47,620 nucleotides of DNA. It comes from Duganella sp. (lineage in GTDB: Bacteria; Pseudomonadota; Gammaproteobacteria; Burkholderiales; Burkholderiaceae_D). Each line of letters opens with the position of its first letter. Positions within the stretch are counted from its first letter, which is position 1. The notes beneath the pieces are model-generated. The model was not told the DNA's origin. It did no database searches and saw nothing but the letters and a program-made list of their open reading frames with translations. Location: positions 1 to 47,620 of the forward strand of contig JBEVMD010000095.1 of the NCBI GenBank assembly GCA_040508835.1, read 5' to 3'. This document shows, in pieces, positions 17,426 to 27,557 of this stretch. The translations under genes were made by a program, and so were the position numbers.

Positions 17426-18394
17426 ATGAACAGCTCGATCGGTAGCACACCGGCACGCGGCAACCGGCGCGGTGCGCGGCGCTGCGTCGGCGGTATCCTG
17501 CTCGGCACGGCGCTGCTGTCAGCGCTGCCGGCACTGGCCGACGGCCGCAGCGCCGTCCGCAACCTGCATGCCAATGCGGCCCGCGCGCGCGTCATTCTGA
17601 ACCTGACCGAGCAGTCGACGCAAGCGACGCCCACGCTGGTGCGCGGCGTGTATGCGCTCACCGATGCCCAGGGCAAAGGCGCCGGCTACATCAACGAGAG
17701 CGGCACCCTGTATGGCGATGCCAGCGGCTTCCGCGTGTTTCCGGCGGACGGCTCCCCGCCGCGCACCCTGACGCCGGCCGAAACGGCCGTGCTGCGCGGT
17801 GAGGTCATGCAAGCCATCGATTACGACCAGCTGATCAAGGTGCAGTACGGCGACGGCGGCGGCCGCCGGATGGTGATGTTCTCGGCGCTGGACTGCGGCT
17901 ACTGCAAGCTGTTCGAAAAACATTTCAGCGAATTGGGGAAAACCAACAACACCACGTTTTACGTGGTGCCGTTGTCGTTGCGCTCCAGCCAGGCCGGCGG
18001 CGCCCAGGTCTGGCAGGACGTCGCGCGGATCTGGTGCGACAGCAACAACGGCGACGCCTGGAAACGCTATTGGGCCAGCGGCCAGTTGCCGCCGGCGCGC
18101 GCTTGCGCGATCGATGCGCGTGCGGCCGAGCGGTCGAACCTGGCGCTGCAGACGATCCTGGAAGCGGTGGGGCTGCCTGTCAAGGGCACGCCGACGCTGT
18201 TGCGCGAAGACGGCGTCAAGCTCAAGGTGAGCGATCTGCGCAGCTACCTCAAGCAACCGGCGCCACCGACCCCGACGGCCCAGCCGGTATGGCTGGTGGC
18301 GGAAAATGGGCCACCGCAGCGCGTGGACGAGGCGGCGCCGTCCCCATCGAACAAGGTCAACCTGGGCGACATGCTGAAAAAACTGGTGAAGTAA
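17426..18394 (+). CDS. DsbC-like thioredoxin-fold periplasmic protein
   Basis: Signal-like N-terminus, CGYC active site, IWC...C second cysteine pair, GTPT cis-Pro loop. Confidence 0.78.
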   Translation: MNSSIGSTPARGNRRGARRCVGGILLGTALLSALPALADGRSAVRNLHANAARARVILNLTEQSTQATPTLVRGVYALTDAQGKGAGYINESGTLYGDASGFRVFPADGSPPRTLTPAETAVLRGEVMQAIDYDQLIKVQYGDGGGRRMVMFSALDCGYCKLFEKHFSELGKTNNTTFYVVPLSLRSSQAGGAQVWQDVARIWCDSNNGDAWKRYWASGQLPPARACAIDARAAERSNLALQTILEAVGLPVKGTPTLLREDGVKLKVSDLRSYLKQPAPPTPTAQPVWLVAENGPPQRVDEAAPSPSNKVNLGDMLKKLVK

Positions 18395-18427
18395 AACGTT
18401 CCCCCATCCACTCTTTGAAGGACGATC

Positions 18428-18877
18428 ATGCGCCGTTCCCCACTGTTGCTGTCCCTGCTGGCGACCATCGCCATTCCCATGATGCCCGCCATTGCCGCGA
18501 TGGCGGCCGCCCCGGCCCCGGCCGCACTGATCGAGCAGGCGCTGCGCTGCGAACTGCCGATGGGTAAGGCCGGTAGTGTGCGCCAGGCGCTCAAGGGCCT
18601 GGGCGCCAGGACGGGCGCCGGCGGCGTCGCCAACGCCTATGTGCTGCCGACAGCCGTGCGTCCCTTCAGCCTGGAGGTCACCCGGTTCAGCGTTACCGAC
18701 GACGAGGTGGAAACCTATATCGCCACGCTGCCCGGCGCCCGGATCGAGGACGTCGCCAAGTCGGCCAAGCTGACCCAGGTGGCCGGCGGCTACGGACGCG
18801 ACACCAAGCACGGCACGCTGCTGGCCGACGTGCGCGAGCGCGGCGAGGTCTGGCTGATGTGCACCGTGACCCAATAA
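18428..18877 (+). CDS. Small secreted hypothetical protein with two Cys
   Basis: Signal peptide; Cys near both ends of the mature protein (LRCE, LMCT); AAGGA RBS; 33 bp downstream of the DsbC-like gene. Confidence 0.75.
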   Translation: MRRSPLLLSLLATIAIPMMPAIAAMAAAPAPAALIEQALRCELPMGKAGSVRQALKGLGARTGAGGVANAYVLPTAVRPFSLEVTRFSVTDDEVETYIATLPGARIEDVAKSAKLTQVAGGYGRDTKHGTLLADVRERGEVWLMCTVTQ

Positions 18878-19063
18878 GCGTTTCCGGCGGGGCGGGAAGC
18901 CGGCCGTCGCCCTGGAGCGCGTGCTGGCTTGGCAATCTGATATCGGCGCCCGGTATTAATACTTAAAAACAAGTATTTCGTATTCGCACGATTGGTCTGG
19001 CCGCCTTCCCAACCTTGTATTTGCGATAAACTTCTGGCTTCTCAAGATATCTTGGTCCGCATC

Positions 19064-22000
19064 ATGCCTAACAAATCGTCGATGGACGACCAGTCGTTCC
19101 GCCGCATCCTTGCCCGCAACATCACCCTGCCGCTGGCTGCCGGCGTCGTCAGCGCCGGGGTGTTCGTCATCCTGCTGATCTACCTGATCACGACCATGAA
19201 CTGGGTCGAGCACAGCGAGCGGGTGATCGGCAGCGCCAATGAAATCAGCAAGGAAATGGTCGACATGGAAACCGGCTTGCGCGGCTATATGCTGGCCGGC
19301 GACGAGGCGTTCCTGGAACCGTACGTGCTCTCGAAGCCCAAGGCGGCAGCCAGCATCGAAACCCTGCTCAAGCTGGTGGAAGACAACCCGGCCCAGGTCG
19401 ATCGCCTGCGCACCATCCAGGCCCAGCACCTGGGCTGGGATAAATATGCCAAGGAAATGATCGCGCTGCGCGCGGCCAACGGCGATGTGACCGGCCCCGT
19501 CAAGACGGGCCGCGGCAAGACCCAGTTCGACGAAATCCGCCGCCTGCTCGACGCTTTCATCGGCACCGAGATGCGCATGCGCCAGGAGCGCAACGATACC
19601 GCCCGCACCGTGACCATCGTCGTGGCCGTGCTGTACCTGCTGCTGACGCTGGGCGTGGGCGGGGCGCTGGCCTGGTTCGGCCGCCGCGAGCTGCTGGCCC
19701 TGTCCAAGGTCTATAACAGCGTGCTGCTGCAACACACGGAACACGCGGACCTGCTGCAACAGCAGGCCTGGCTGCGCACGGGCCAGAGCGAGCTGGCGCA
19801 GCAGGGCATCGGCCAGCTGGCGCTGCCGCAACTGTCGGCCGCGCTGCTGCAGTTTTTGGCGCGCTACATGGACGTGGTGGTGGGCGCGCTGTACCTGCGC
19901 GCGCCGGACGGCAGTTTCCACCGGGTGGCGTCGTACGGTTTTTCCGCCGAGTGGGATGCGCGCGAACAGAAAATGCACCCGTCCGAAACCCTGGTGGCCC
20001 AGGCCGCGCTCGAGCGCCGCCTGATCCGCCTCGACCAGGTGCCGGCCGACTACATCCAGGTCAGTTCCGGCCTGGGCAAGGGCAGCGCCGCCAGCGTGAT
20101 GCTGGCGCCCGTGGATAACGACGGCGTCATCAACGGTGTGGTGGAGCTGGGCCTGCTGCGCCCGATCACCACGCGCGACGTGGAATTCCTCACCCTGGTC
20201 AAGGGCAATATCGGCAACGCCATCGAAGCGAGCCATTCGCGCCAGCGCCTGCAGGAAGTGCTGGCCGAAACCCAGCAGCTGAACGAAGAGCTGCAGGTGC
20301 AGCAGGAAGAACTGCGCACCGCCAACGAAGAGCTGGAAGAACAGTCGCGCGTGCTGGAAGAATCGCAGGCCAGCCTGGAAAACCAGAAGGCCGAGCTCGA
20401 GCAGACCAACGAACAGCTGGCCGAGCAGGGCGCAGCGCTGGACCAGAAGAATGCCGCGCTGACCAAGGCCCAGCAGGACCTGGAAGACCGCGCCGACGAA
20501 CTGGAACGCGCCAGCCAATACAAATCGCAGTTCCTGGCCAATATGTCGCACGAGCTGCGCACGCCACTGAACAGCTCGCTGATCCTGGCCAAGCTGCTGT
20601 CGGAAAACACGCTGGGCAACCTCAACGACGAGCAGGTGCGCTTTGCCAACACCATTTATTCGGCCGGCAACGACCTGCTCAACCTGATCAACGACATCCT
20701 CGACATTTCCAAGGTCGAAGCGGGCAAGCTGGAACTGGTGCCCGAGCAGCTGTCGATGCGCCACGTGGTCGAAGGCATGGCCATGGTGTTCGAACCGCTG
20801 GCCCAGCAAAAGAAACTGGCGTTCCAGGTGCAGGTGGCCGACGACGTGCCGCTGCACATGGTCACCGACCGCCAGCGCCTCGAACAGATCCTGAAAAACC
20901 TGCTGTCGAACGCGCTCAAGTTCACCAGCGCCGGCCAGATCACGCTGAGCCTGGAACGGGTGGGCGACGACGCCGTGGGCTTCTCGGTGCACGATACCGG
21001 CATCGGCATCCGCCCCGAAGACCAGCAAGGCATTTTCAACGCGTTCCAGCAGGCCGACGGCACCACCAGCCGCAAGTACGGCGGCACGGGACTGGGCCTG
21101 TCGATTTCGCGCGACCTGGCGCACCTGCTGGGCGGCGCCATCAGCCTGGCGTCCGAAGTGGGCCAGGGCAGCTGCTTCACGCTGACCATGCCGCTGGCGT
21201 TTACGGCGCCCGAGGCCGGTCCCCGTCTGGGCAGCGCCAGCGCACCGGTGGCCATCGACGACGAAGGCCGCGCCAATGCGCCGGTGACGCTGGCGCACGC
21301 CGCAACGCCGGCACCGGCGCCGTGGAAGGCCATGGCGCCCAAGCCGGCGGCCGCCCCGGTGGAGCCGCCGCCGCCGCGCGCGCGCGCCTTCGACGACGAC
21401 CGCGCCCAGCTCGACGAGCTGGCCGGCGCCGCCACCACGGCGCGCACCGTGCTGGTGATCGAGGACGACGCCAACTTCGCCCGCATCCTGTACGACCTGG
21501 CGCACGAAAAACAGTACCGCTGCCTGGTGGCGTTCCACGCCGACGAAGGCCTGGAACTGGCGCGCCAGTACCGTCCGGACGCGGTGCTGCTCGACATCCG
21601 CCTGCCGGACCGCTCCGGCCTGTCGGTGCTGCAATTGCTGAAAGATGACGCCACCACGCGCCACATTCCCGTGCACGTGGTGTCCGGCAGCGAAAACGGC
21701 GAAGCCGCGCTGCACCTGGGCGCCATCGGCTATGCATTGAAGCCGGCCACGCGCGACCAGCTGATGGACGTGTTCCGCCTGATCGAAACCAAGCTCACGC
21801 AGAAGATCAAGCGCGTGCTGCTGGTGGAAGACGACGACCGCCAGCGCGACAGCGTGGTGCAGCTGATCTCGGACGACGACGTGGACATCGTGGCCGTGGG
21901 CACGGGCCAGGAAGCGCTGGCGCTGCTGCGCACCACGATCTACGACTGCATGATCATCGACCTGAAACTGCCCGACATGCAGGGCAACGAGCTGCTGCAG

Positions 22001-22624
22001 AAAATGGCGGCCGAGCAGCTGGCCGCGTTCCCGCCCGTGATCGTCTACACGGGCCGCAACCTGTCGCGCGCCGAGGAAGCGGACTTGCACAAGTATTCGC
22101 GGTCGATCATCATCAAGGGCGCCCGCTCGCCCGAGCGCCTGCTCGACGAAGTCACGCTGTTCCTGCACAAGGTGGAAGCGGACCTGTCGTCCGAGCGCCA
22201 GACCATGCTGCGCACGGTGCGCTCGCGCGACCGCGTGTTCGAAGGCCGCCGCATCCTGCTGGTGGACGACGACGTGCGCAACATCTTCGCCCTGACCAGC
22301 GCGCTGGAACAGAAGGGCGTGCTGGTGGAAGTGGGCCGCAACGGCTTTGAAGCCATCGAAAAGATGGACGCCAATCCCGATATCGACCTGGTGCTGATGG
22401 ACGTGATGATGCCCGGCATGGACGGCCTGGAAGCGACGCGCCGCATCCGCGCCGACGCCCGCTTCGAGCGCCTGCCCATCATTGCCATTACCGCCAAGGC
22501 CATGAAGGACGACCAGGAACAGTGCCTGGCCGCCGGCGCCAGCGACTACCTGGCCAAGCCGATCGATTTATCGCGCCTGTACTCGCTGTTGCGGGTCTGG
22601 ATGCCCAACGGTGAACGGGGCTGA
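19064..22624 (+). CDS. Hybrid histidine kinase: CHASE3-GAF-coiled coil-HisKA-HATPase-3xREC (CfcA/MAC-type)
   Basis: WVEHS...DMETGLRGY...FLEPY CHASE3 domain; QQEELRTANEELEEQ coil; ANMSHELRTPLN; YGGTGLGL; three REC domains, each with the phosphoacceptor Asp. Confidence 0.9.
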   Translation: MPNKSSMDDQSFRRILARNITLPLAAGVVSAGVFVILLIYLITTMNWVEHSERVIGSANEISKEMVDMETGLRGYMLAGDEAFLEPYVLSKPKAAASIETLLKLVEDNPAQVDRLRTIQAQHLGWDKYAKEMIALRAANGDVTGPVKTGRGKTQFDEIRRLLDAFIGTEMRMRQERNDTARTVTIVVAVLYLLLTLGVGGALAWFGRRELLALSKVYNSVLLQHTEHADLLQQQAWLRTGQSELAQQGIGQLALPQLSAALLQFLARYMDVVVGALYLRAPDGSFHRVASYGFSAEWDAREQKMHPSETLVAQAALERRLIRLDQVPADYIQVSSGLGKGSAASVMLAPVDNDGVINGVVELGLLRPITTRDVEFLTLVKGNIGNAIEASHSRQRLQEVLAETQQLNEELQVQQEELRTANEELEEQSRVLEESQASLENQKAELEQTNEQLAEQGAALDQKNAALTKAQQDLEDRADELERASQYKSQFLANMSHELRTPLNSSLILAKLLSENTLGNLNDEQVRFANTIYSAGNDLLNLINDILDISKVEAGKLELVPEQLSMRHVVEGMAMVFEPLAQQKKLAFQVQVADDVPLHMVTDRQRLEQILKNLLSNALKFTSAGQITLSLERVGDDAVGFSVHDTGIGIRPEDQQGIFNAFQQADGTTSRKYGGTGLGLSISRDLAHLLGGAISLASEVGQGSCFTLTMPLAFTAPEAGPRLGSASAPVAIDDEGRANAPVTLAHAATPAPAPWKAMAPKPAAAPVEPPPPRARAFDDDRAQLDELAGAATTARTVLVIEDDANFARILYDLAHEKQYRCLVAFHADEGLELARQYRPDAVLLDIRLPDRSGLSVLQLLKDDATTRHIPVHVVSGSENGEAALHLGAIGYALKPATRDQLMDVFRLIETKLTQKIKRVLLVEDDDRQRDSVVQLISDDDVDIVAVGTGQEALALLRTTIYDCMIIDLKLPDMQGNELLQKMAAEQLAAFPPVIVYTGRNLSRAEEADLHKYSRSIIIKGARSPERLLDEVTLFLHKVEADLSSERQTMLRTVRSRDRVFEGRRILLVDDDVRNIFALTSALEQKGVLVEVGRNGFEAIEKMDANPDIDLVLMDVMMPGMDGLEATRRIRADARFERLPIIAITAKAMKDDQEQCLAAGASDYLAKPIDLSRLYSLLRVWMPNGERG

Positions 22625-22629
22625 GTACC

Positions 22630-23445
22630 ATGCATAGCGATATCGATATCGAAATCAAAGTGTTGATGGAAGCCATCTACATGAAGTACAGCTACGACTT
22701 CCGCGAGTACACGGGCGCGTCGCAAAAGCGCCGCGTGCTGCACGCCATGCGCGACATGGGGTGCGAGACGATCTCGGCGCTGCAGGCGCGCATCATGCAC
22801 GAGCCGGCCGGCTTCAGCCAGCTGCTGCAGTATCTGACGATTCCCGTGACGTCGATGTTCCGCGACCCCAGCTACTGGCTGGCGCTGCGCGAGCAGGTGA
22901 TGCCGGTGCTGCGCACGTACCCGTCGCTCAAGATCTGGATCGCCGGCAGCAGCACTGGCGAGGAAGTGTATTCGATGGCGATCCTGCTCAAGGAAGAGGG
23001 CCTGTTAGAGCGCAGCATGATCTACGCCACCGACATCAACCCGCAGTCGCTGGACAAGGCGCGCAAAGGCGTGTTTCCGCTGGACGCCATGCAGGAGTAC
23101 ACGGCCAACTACCAGGCTGCCGGCGGCACCCGCAGCTTTTCCGACTATTACACGGCCGCCTACAACGCGGCCCTGTTCGACGGCGGCTTGTGCGAGAACG
23201 TCACGTTTGCCGACCACAGCCTGGCCACCGACGCCGTGTTTGCCGAGACGCATTTGATCAGCTGCCGCAACGTCATGATTTACTTTAAGAAGAAGCTGCA
23301 GGAGCGCGCGTTCGGCCTGTTCCACGAGTCGCTGTGCCACCGCGGCTTCCTGGGCCTGGGCAGCAAGGAAAGCATCGACTTTTCCGCGTATGCGCCCGCG
23401 TTCGAGCCCATCGTCAAACGCGAACGCCTGTTCCGCAAGCGCTGA
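22630..23445 (+). CDS. cheR: CheR-family protein-glutamate methyltransferase
   Basis: YDFREY, VTSMFRD, IWIAGSSTGEEVYS, YATDIN and CRNVMIYF motifs. Confidence 0.9.
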   Translation: MHSDIDIEIKVLMEAIYMKYSYDFREYTGASQKRRVLHAMRDMGCETISALQARIMHEPAGFSQLLQYLTIPVTSMFRDPSYWLALREQVMPVLRTYPSLKIWIAGSSTGEEVYSMAILLKEEGLLERSMIYATDINPQSLDKARKGVFPLDAMQEYTANYQAAGGTRSFSDYYTAAYNAALFDGGLCENVTFADHSLATDAVFAETHLISCRNVMIYFKKKLQERAFGLFHESLCHRGFLGLGSKESIDFSAYAPAFEPIVKRERLFRKR

Positions 23446-23447
23446 TC

Positions 23448-24062
23448 ATGACTCCCCACGCCACCACCATCGATGCCGCGCTGGCCGGCCACCGCACGCC
23501 GATCGCAGCCGTGGTGATCGGCGCGTCGGCCGGCGGCGTGGGCGCGCTGCTCAAGCTGCTGCCGGGCTTGCCCAAGCGCTTCGGGCCCGCCATCGTGGCG
23601 GTCCTGCACGTGCCGGAAAAGCGCCAGAGCCAGCTGGCCGACGTGTTTGCCCAGCGCGTGGTGCTGCCCGTGCGCGAGGCGGCCGACAAGGAACCGCTGA
23701 CCTCCGGAACGCTGTACTTTGCCGGATCGGGCTACCATTTGTCCGTTGAGTCGGATCACTGCTTTTCACTGAGCTGCGAAGCGCCCCACAATTTTGCCCG
23801 GCCGTCGATCGATGTCCTGATGGAGTCGGCGGCGGACGCGTATGGCCCGGCCTTGCTGGGTATTTTATTGACCGGTGCCAATCACGACGGCGCTGCAGGC
23901 ATGGCTGCCATCGGCCGCGCCGGCGGCATGACCGTGGTGCAAGACCCCGATGATGCCGAAGTGGACACCATGCCGAAGGAAGCGATCCGTTTGCGTCGCC
24001 CGGACCTGGTGTTGCCGCTGGAGGCCATCCACACATTGCTGTTGAAGCTGGAGAAGAACTGA
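23448..24062 (+). CDS. cheB: Stand-alone CheB methylesterase (no REC domain)
   Basis: GASAGG (Ser), VLH (His), RPSIDV, LTGANHDGA (Asp) and VQDP motifs. Confidence 0.88.
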   Translation: MTPHATTIDAALAGHRTPIAAVVIGASAGGVGALLKLLPGLPKRFGPAIVAVLHVPEKRQSQLADVFAQRVVLPVREAADKEPLTSGTLYFAGSGYHLSVESDHCFSLSCEAPHNFARPSIDVLMESAADAYGPALLGILLTGANHDGAAGMAAIGRAGGMTVVQDPDDAEVDTMPKEAIRLRRPDLVLPLEAIHTLLLKLEKN

Positions 24063-25261
24063 TGCAAGCCGAGCAACCGACCAAACTGCTGATCGTCGAC
24101 GATCTGCCGGAAAACCTGCAAGCCCTCAATGCCGTGATCCGGGGCCCGGGCCGCGAGATTTTCCAGGCCGGCTCCGGCGAGGACGCGCTGGCGCTGCTGC
24201 TCCAGCACGACTTTGCCATGGCCTTCCTCGACGTGCAGATGCCGGGCATGGACGGTTTCGAATTGGCCGAGCTGATGCGCGGCACGGAAAAAACCCGGCA
24301 AATCCCGATCGTGTTCGTGACGGCCGCCGGCAAGGAACTGAACTATTCGTTCAAGGGCTACGAGGCCGGCGCCGTGGACGTGCTGTACAAGCCGCTCGAC
24401 TCGCGCGCCGTGCGCGGCAAGGTGGAAGTGTTCGTGGCGCTGTGGGAACAGCGCGAAGCGATGCGGCGCCAGGTGCAAGCGCTGGAACAGGCACGGCAGG
24501 CGCAGGAAGCCATGCTGGCCGAACTGAACGCGGCGCAAACCCAGTTGCAGCGGGCGCTGGCCATGCGCGACGAATTCATGTCCATGGTCTCGCACGAAAT
24601 GCGCACGCCGCTCAACACGCTGTACCTGGAAACGCAGTTGCGCAAGATGCAGCTCGAACGGGGCAATATGGCCGCATTCGGCGCCGAGCAGTTGCAGCGC
24701 ATGGTCGCCCGCGACGACCGCCAGATCCAGAGCATCATCCGCCTGATCGACGACATGCTCGACGTCTCGCGCATCCGCAGCGGCAAGCTGTCGCTGCGGC
24801 CGGGCTGGGTTGAACTGTCGGGCTTGCTGCGCCGGGTGGTGCACGACCTCACGCCGCAGGCGTCCACGGCCGGCTGCACCATCAGCCTCGATGCGGGCAC
24901 GCCGGTGTCCGGCTGGTGGGACGAGTTCCGCATCGAGCAGATCGTCGTCAACCTGCTCACCAATGCCATGCGCTACGGCGCCCAGCAGCCGGTGGACGTG
25001 GTGCTCACCGTGGGCGAAGAACAGGTGCAGGTGGAAGTGCGCGACCAGGGCCCGGGCATTGCGCCCGAGCAGCAGCAAAAGATTTTCGAGCCGTACGAAC
25101 GGGGCGTGGGCAACGAAGTGCCGTCGGGCCTGGGACTGGGCCTGTATATTTCGCGCGAACTGGCCGAAGTGCACCAGGGCACGCTGACCGTGCGCAGCGA
25201 ACCGGGACAGGGCGCGGTCTTTACGCTCACGCTGCCGCGCTGCGACGCGCCGCCCGCGTAA
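24062..25261 (+). CDS. Hybrid REC-HisKA-HATPase kinase
   Basis: N-terminal REC (LIVDD, LDVQMPGMDG), SHEMRTPL, NLLTNA, DQGPGI and GLGLGLY motifs. Confidence 0.9.
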   Translation: MQAEQPTKLLIVDDLPENLQALNAVIRGPGREIFQAGSGEDALALLLQHDFAMAFLDVQMPGMDGFELAELMRGTEKTRQIPIVFVTAAGKELNYSFKGYEAGAVDVLYKPLDSRAVRGKVEVFVALWEQREAMRRQVQALEQARQAQEAMLAELNAAQTQLQRALAMRDEFMSMVSHEMRTPLNTLYLETQLRKMQLERGNMAAFGAEQLQRMVARDDRQIQSIIRLIDDMLDVSRIRSGKLSLRPGWVELSGLLRRVVHDLTPQASTAGCTISLDAGTPVSGWWDEFRIEQIVVNLLTNAMRYGAQQPVDVVLTVGEEQVQVEVRDQGPGIAPEQQQKIFEPYERGVGNEVPSGLGLGLYISRELAEVHQGTLTVRSEPGQGAVFTLTLPRCDAPPA

Positions 25262-25273
25262 GTTGGTCGGGTA

Positions 25274-25699
25274 TCAGCGCGAGCTGGCTTCCTCGCGGCG
25301 CTGGATCAGGTAGGCGTTGAGGTCGTCGAACGTGATGTGGCCGCGCTGGGCGCTGTCGATATTGTCGAAATTCTTGTCCACTACCGTAAAGCCCGCCTGG
25401 CGCGCTTCTTCGCGGTTCAGGGTGCCGCTGCCGTCGGCGTCGGCATCCGCAAAACGTTTTTTCAGGTTCTGCAGCGACTGGAAGCGCAGCAAGGTCGGCG
25501 CCGGTCCGGGCGCGACATCGCGCTTGGGCTGGCGCATCGAGCGCGGCACATAGGCGTCGGAATAGGGCGTGGACACGGCGGGGCGGGTGGCGGCGGCCAT
25601 CTCGGCCGGCGCCGTTTGCGCACCCACGGAAATGGCCGGGGCCATGGCCAGCATGGTGGTGGCTGCGGCGGCTGCCGCTACTTGGTATATGGTCATCAT
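25274..25699 (-). CDS. Secreted EF-hand protein
   Basis: Ala-rich signal peptide; EF-hand loops DADGSGTLNREE and DSAQRGHITFDD; GGGGAG RBS. Confidence 0.8.
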   Translation of the reverse strand: MMTIYQVAAAAAATTMLAMAPAISVGAQTAPAEMAAATRPAVSTPYSDAYVPRSMRQPKRDVAPGPAPTLLRFQSLQNLKKRFADADADGSGTLNREEARQAGFTVVDKNFDNIDSAQRGHITFDDLNAYLIQRREEASSR

Positions 25700-25859
25700 T
25701 ATCTCCCCCGCATCGCGTGATGCCTGGTTCAGGGTGATACTGTGATCCGATTGGCCCAATTAAGCAATCGCTGTCGGCGTGCGCGCGGGATTCCGCCGCA
25801 TGTTGTCGCCCGGAAGCATCATCCGGGGACCGCAACTTTGTCTGCCTGACCAGCTTTTC

Positions 25860-26348
25860 TTACTTTTTCCAGAAATCCACGTGCGCCAGCCGCGCCTCGT
25901 CCTCGCGCAGCGGACCGATCACCTCGGTCGGCCGCTGGCCGGCCGCAAACACCGTGCGGCACGGCAGCGCCAGGGTCGGATTTTCGGGATCGCTGCCCGT
26001 CAGTTGCAGCAGGCTCGCTTCCGACATCGCATACACCACGCGGCCCACGCCGCTCCAGTAGGTGCCGCCGCTGCACATGGCGCACGGCTCCGCATTCGCA
26101 TACAGCGTGGCCGTAGCGAGCTCGGCAGGACTGTATCGTTGCGACGCCAGGCGCAGCGCATTCATCTCGGCATGCGCGGTGCGGTCGCTGGACGACGCGT
26201 TCATGGCCGACGCGATCACGGTGCCGTCGGCCGCCACCACCATGGCGGCGAACGGGTGGTGGCCTTGGTCGCGCGACTGCTGGGCCAGCGCCAGCACGCG
26301 GGTGAGGCATTCATGGTCCTGCTCGGTAGGTAACGGGTGGTAGGTCAT
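25860..26348 (-). CDS. Zn-dependent nucleoside/nucleobase deaminase (CDA fold, guanine-deaminase-like)
   Basis: HPFAA, AHAE and EPCAMC motifs. Lies downstream of the purine-binding protein gene. Confidence 0.88.
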   Translation of the reverse strand: MTYHPLPTEQDHECLTRVLALAQQSRDQGHHPFAAMVVAADGTVIASAMNASSSDRTAHAEMNALRLASQRYSPAELATATLYANAEPCAMCSGGTYWSGVGRVVYAMSEASLLQLTGSDPENPTLALPCRTVFAAGQRPTEVIGPLREDEARLAHVDFWKK

Positions 26349-26432
26349 CGCAGTACTCCCTGGTGCAGGTGAGGAAACGGCGGCGGCCGGCGTCCGCGCC
26401 CGGATGCCGCTCTGCCGCCAGGACGGGATTGC

Positions 26433-27527
26433 TTACTTCGGAATCGTGCCGTCCACGCCTTGCACGTAAAAATTCATCGACAGCAGGTCTTTTTCCGGGA
26501 CCAGCACGCCGGCCGCATACTTGACGGCGCCCGACTGATCCTTGATGGGACCGGTGAACGGCGCAAAGGTGCCGGCCGTGAGCGCGGCCTTCTTCGCCTC
26601 GAAGATTTTGGCGGCATCGGCCGGCACGACCGTGTTCAGCCTGGACATCTTGACCATGCCTTCCTTGAGGCCGCCGCGGTAGTCGCCCGACTTCCAGGTG
26701 CCGGCCATCACGGCCTTGGCGGTGTCGATGTAGTAGCCGGACCAGTCGTTGGTGGCGGCCGTCAGGTGGGCCTTTGGCGCAAAGCGCGCCATGTCCGAAT
26801 CCCAGCCGAATGCGTACACGCCTTTTTCCTGCGCCACCTGCAGCGTGGCCGGCGAGTCGGTGTTTTGCGCCATCACGTCCGCGCCTTGCGCCACCAGGGT
26901 TTCCGCCGCCTGGCGTTCCTTGGCCGGGTCGTACCACGAGTTCACCCAGATGACCTTGGTCTTGATCTTCGGATTCACGCTTTGCGCGCCCAGGGTAAAC
27001 GCGTTGATGTTGCGGATCACTTCGGGCACGGGGAACGAGGCGATGAAGCCCAGCGTGTTCGACTTGGTCATCTTGCCGGCCAGGATGCCGTCCAGGTACG
27101 CGCCTTCATACAGGCGCGATTCATAGGTGCCCAGATTCTTGCTGCGCTTGAAACCGGTGGCGTGCAGGAAGACCACGCCGGGCGCGGTCCTGGCCACTTT
27201 TTCGGTCGGGTTCATGTAGCCGAACGAGGTGGTGAAGATCAGCTTGTTCCCTTCGGCCACCAGCTTGCGGATCACGCGTTCGGCGTCCGCACCTTCGGGC
27301 ACGTTTTCCACGAACGTGGTCTTGACCTTGGCGCCCAGTTCCTTTTCCAGCGCCAGGCGGCCCTGTTCGTGGGCGTAGGTCCAGCCGGCATCTCCCACCG
27401 GGCCCACGTAGACAAAGCCGATCTTCAGCGGGTCGGCGGCGAACGCCGGGGCGGCGGTCAGGGTCAGGGCGGCGGTAGCCAGGGCGGTGGCCACGAAGTT
27501 TGCCAGTACAGTGCGACGATTCAGCAT
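26433..27527 (-). CDS. BMP-family ABC substrate-binding protein (purine nucleoside type)
   Basis: KIGFVYVGPVGDAGWTYAH, TTSFGYM and WYDPAKE motifs; NRRTVL Tat-like signal. Confidence 0.9.
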   Translation of the reverse strand: MLNRRTVLANFVATALATAALTLTAAPAFAADPLKIGFVYVGPVGDAGWTYAHEQGRLALEKELGAKVKTTFVENVPEGADAERVIRKLVAEGNKLIFTTSFGYMNPTEKVARTAPGVVFLHATGFKRSKNLGTYESRLYEGAYLDGILAGKMTKSNTLGFIASFPVPEVIRNINAFTLGAQSVNPKIKTKVIWVNSWYDPAKERQAAETLVAQGADVMAQNTDSPATLQVAQEKGVYAFGWDSDMARFAPKAHLTAATNDWSGYYIDTAKAVMAGTWKSGDYRGGLKEGMVKMSRLNTVVPADAAKIFEAKKAALTAGTFAPFTGPIKDQSGAVKYAAGVLVPEKDLLSMNFYVQGVDGTIPK

Positions 27528-27557
27528 ACGTTTTCCTCGGTAGTGAACAGTGAACGA

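Noticed and set aside
18956-22168. 1070-aa antisense ORF
   Set aside because: Mirror frame of the hybrid kinase; a typical GC-rich shadow ORF.
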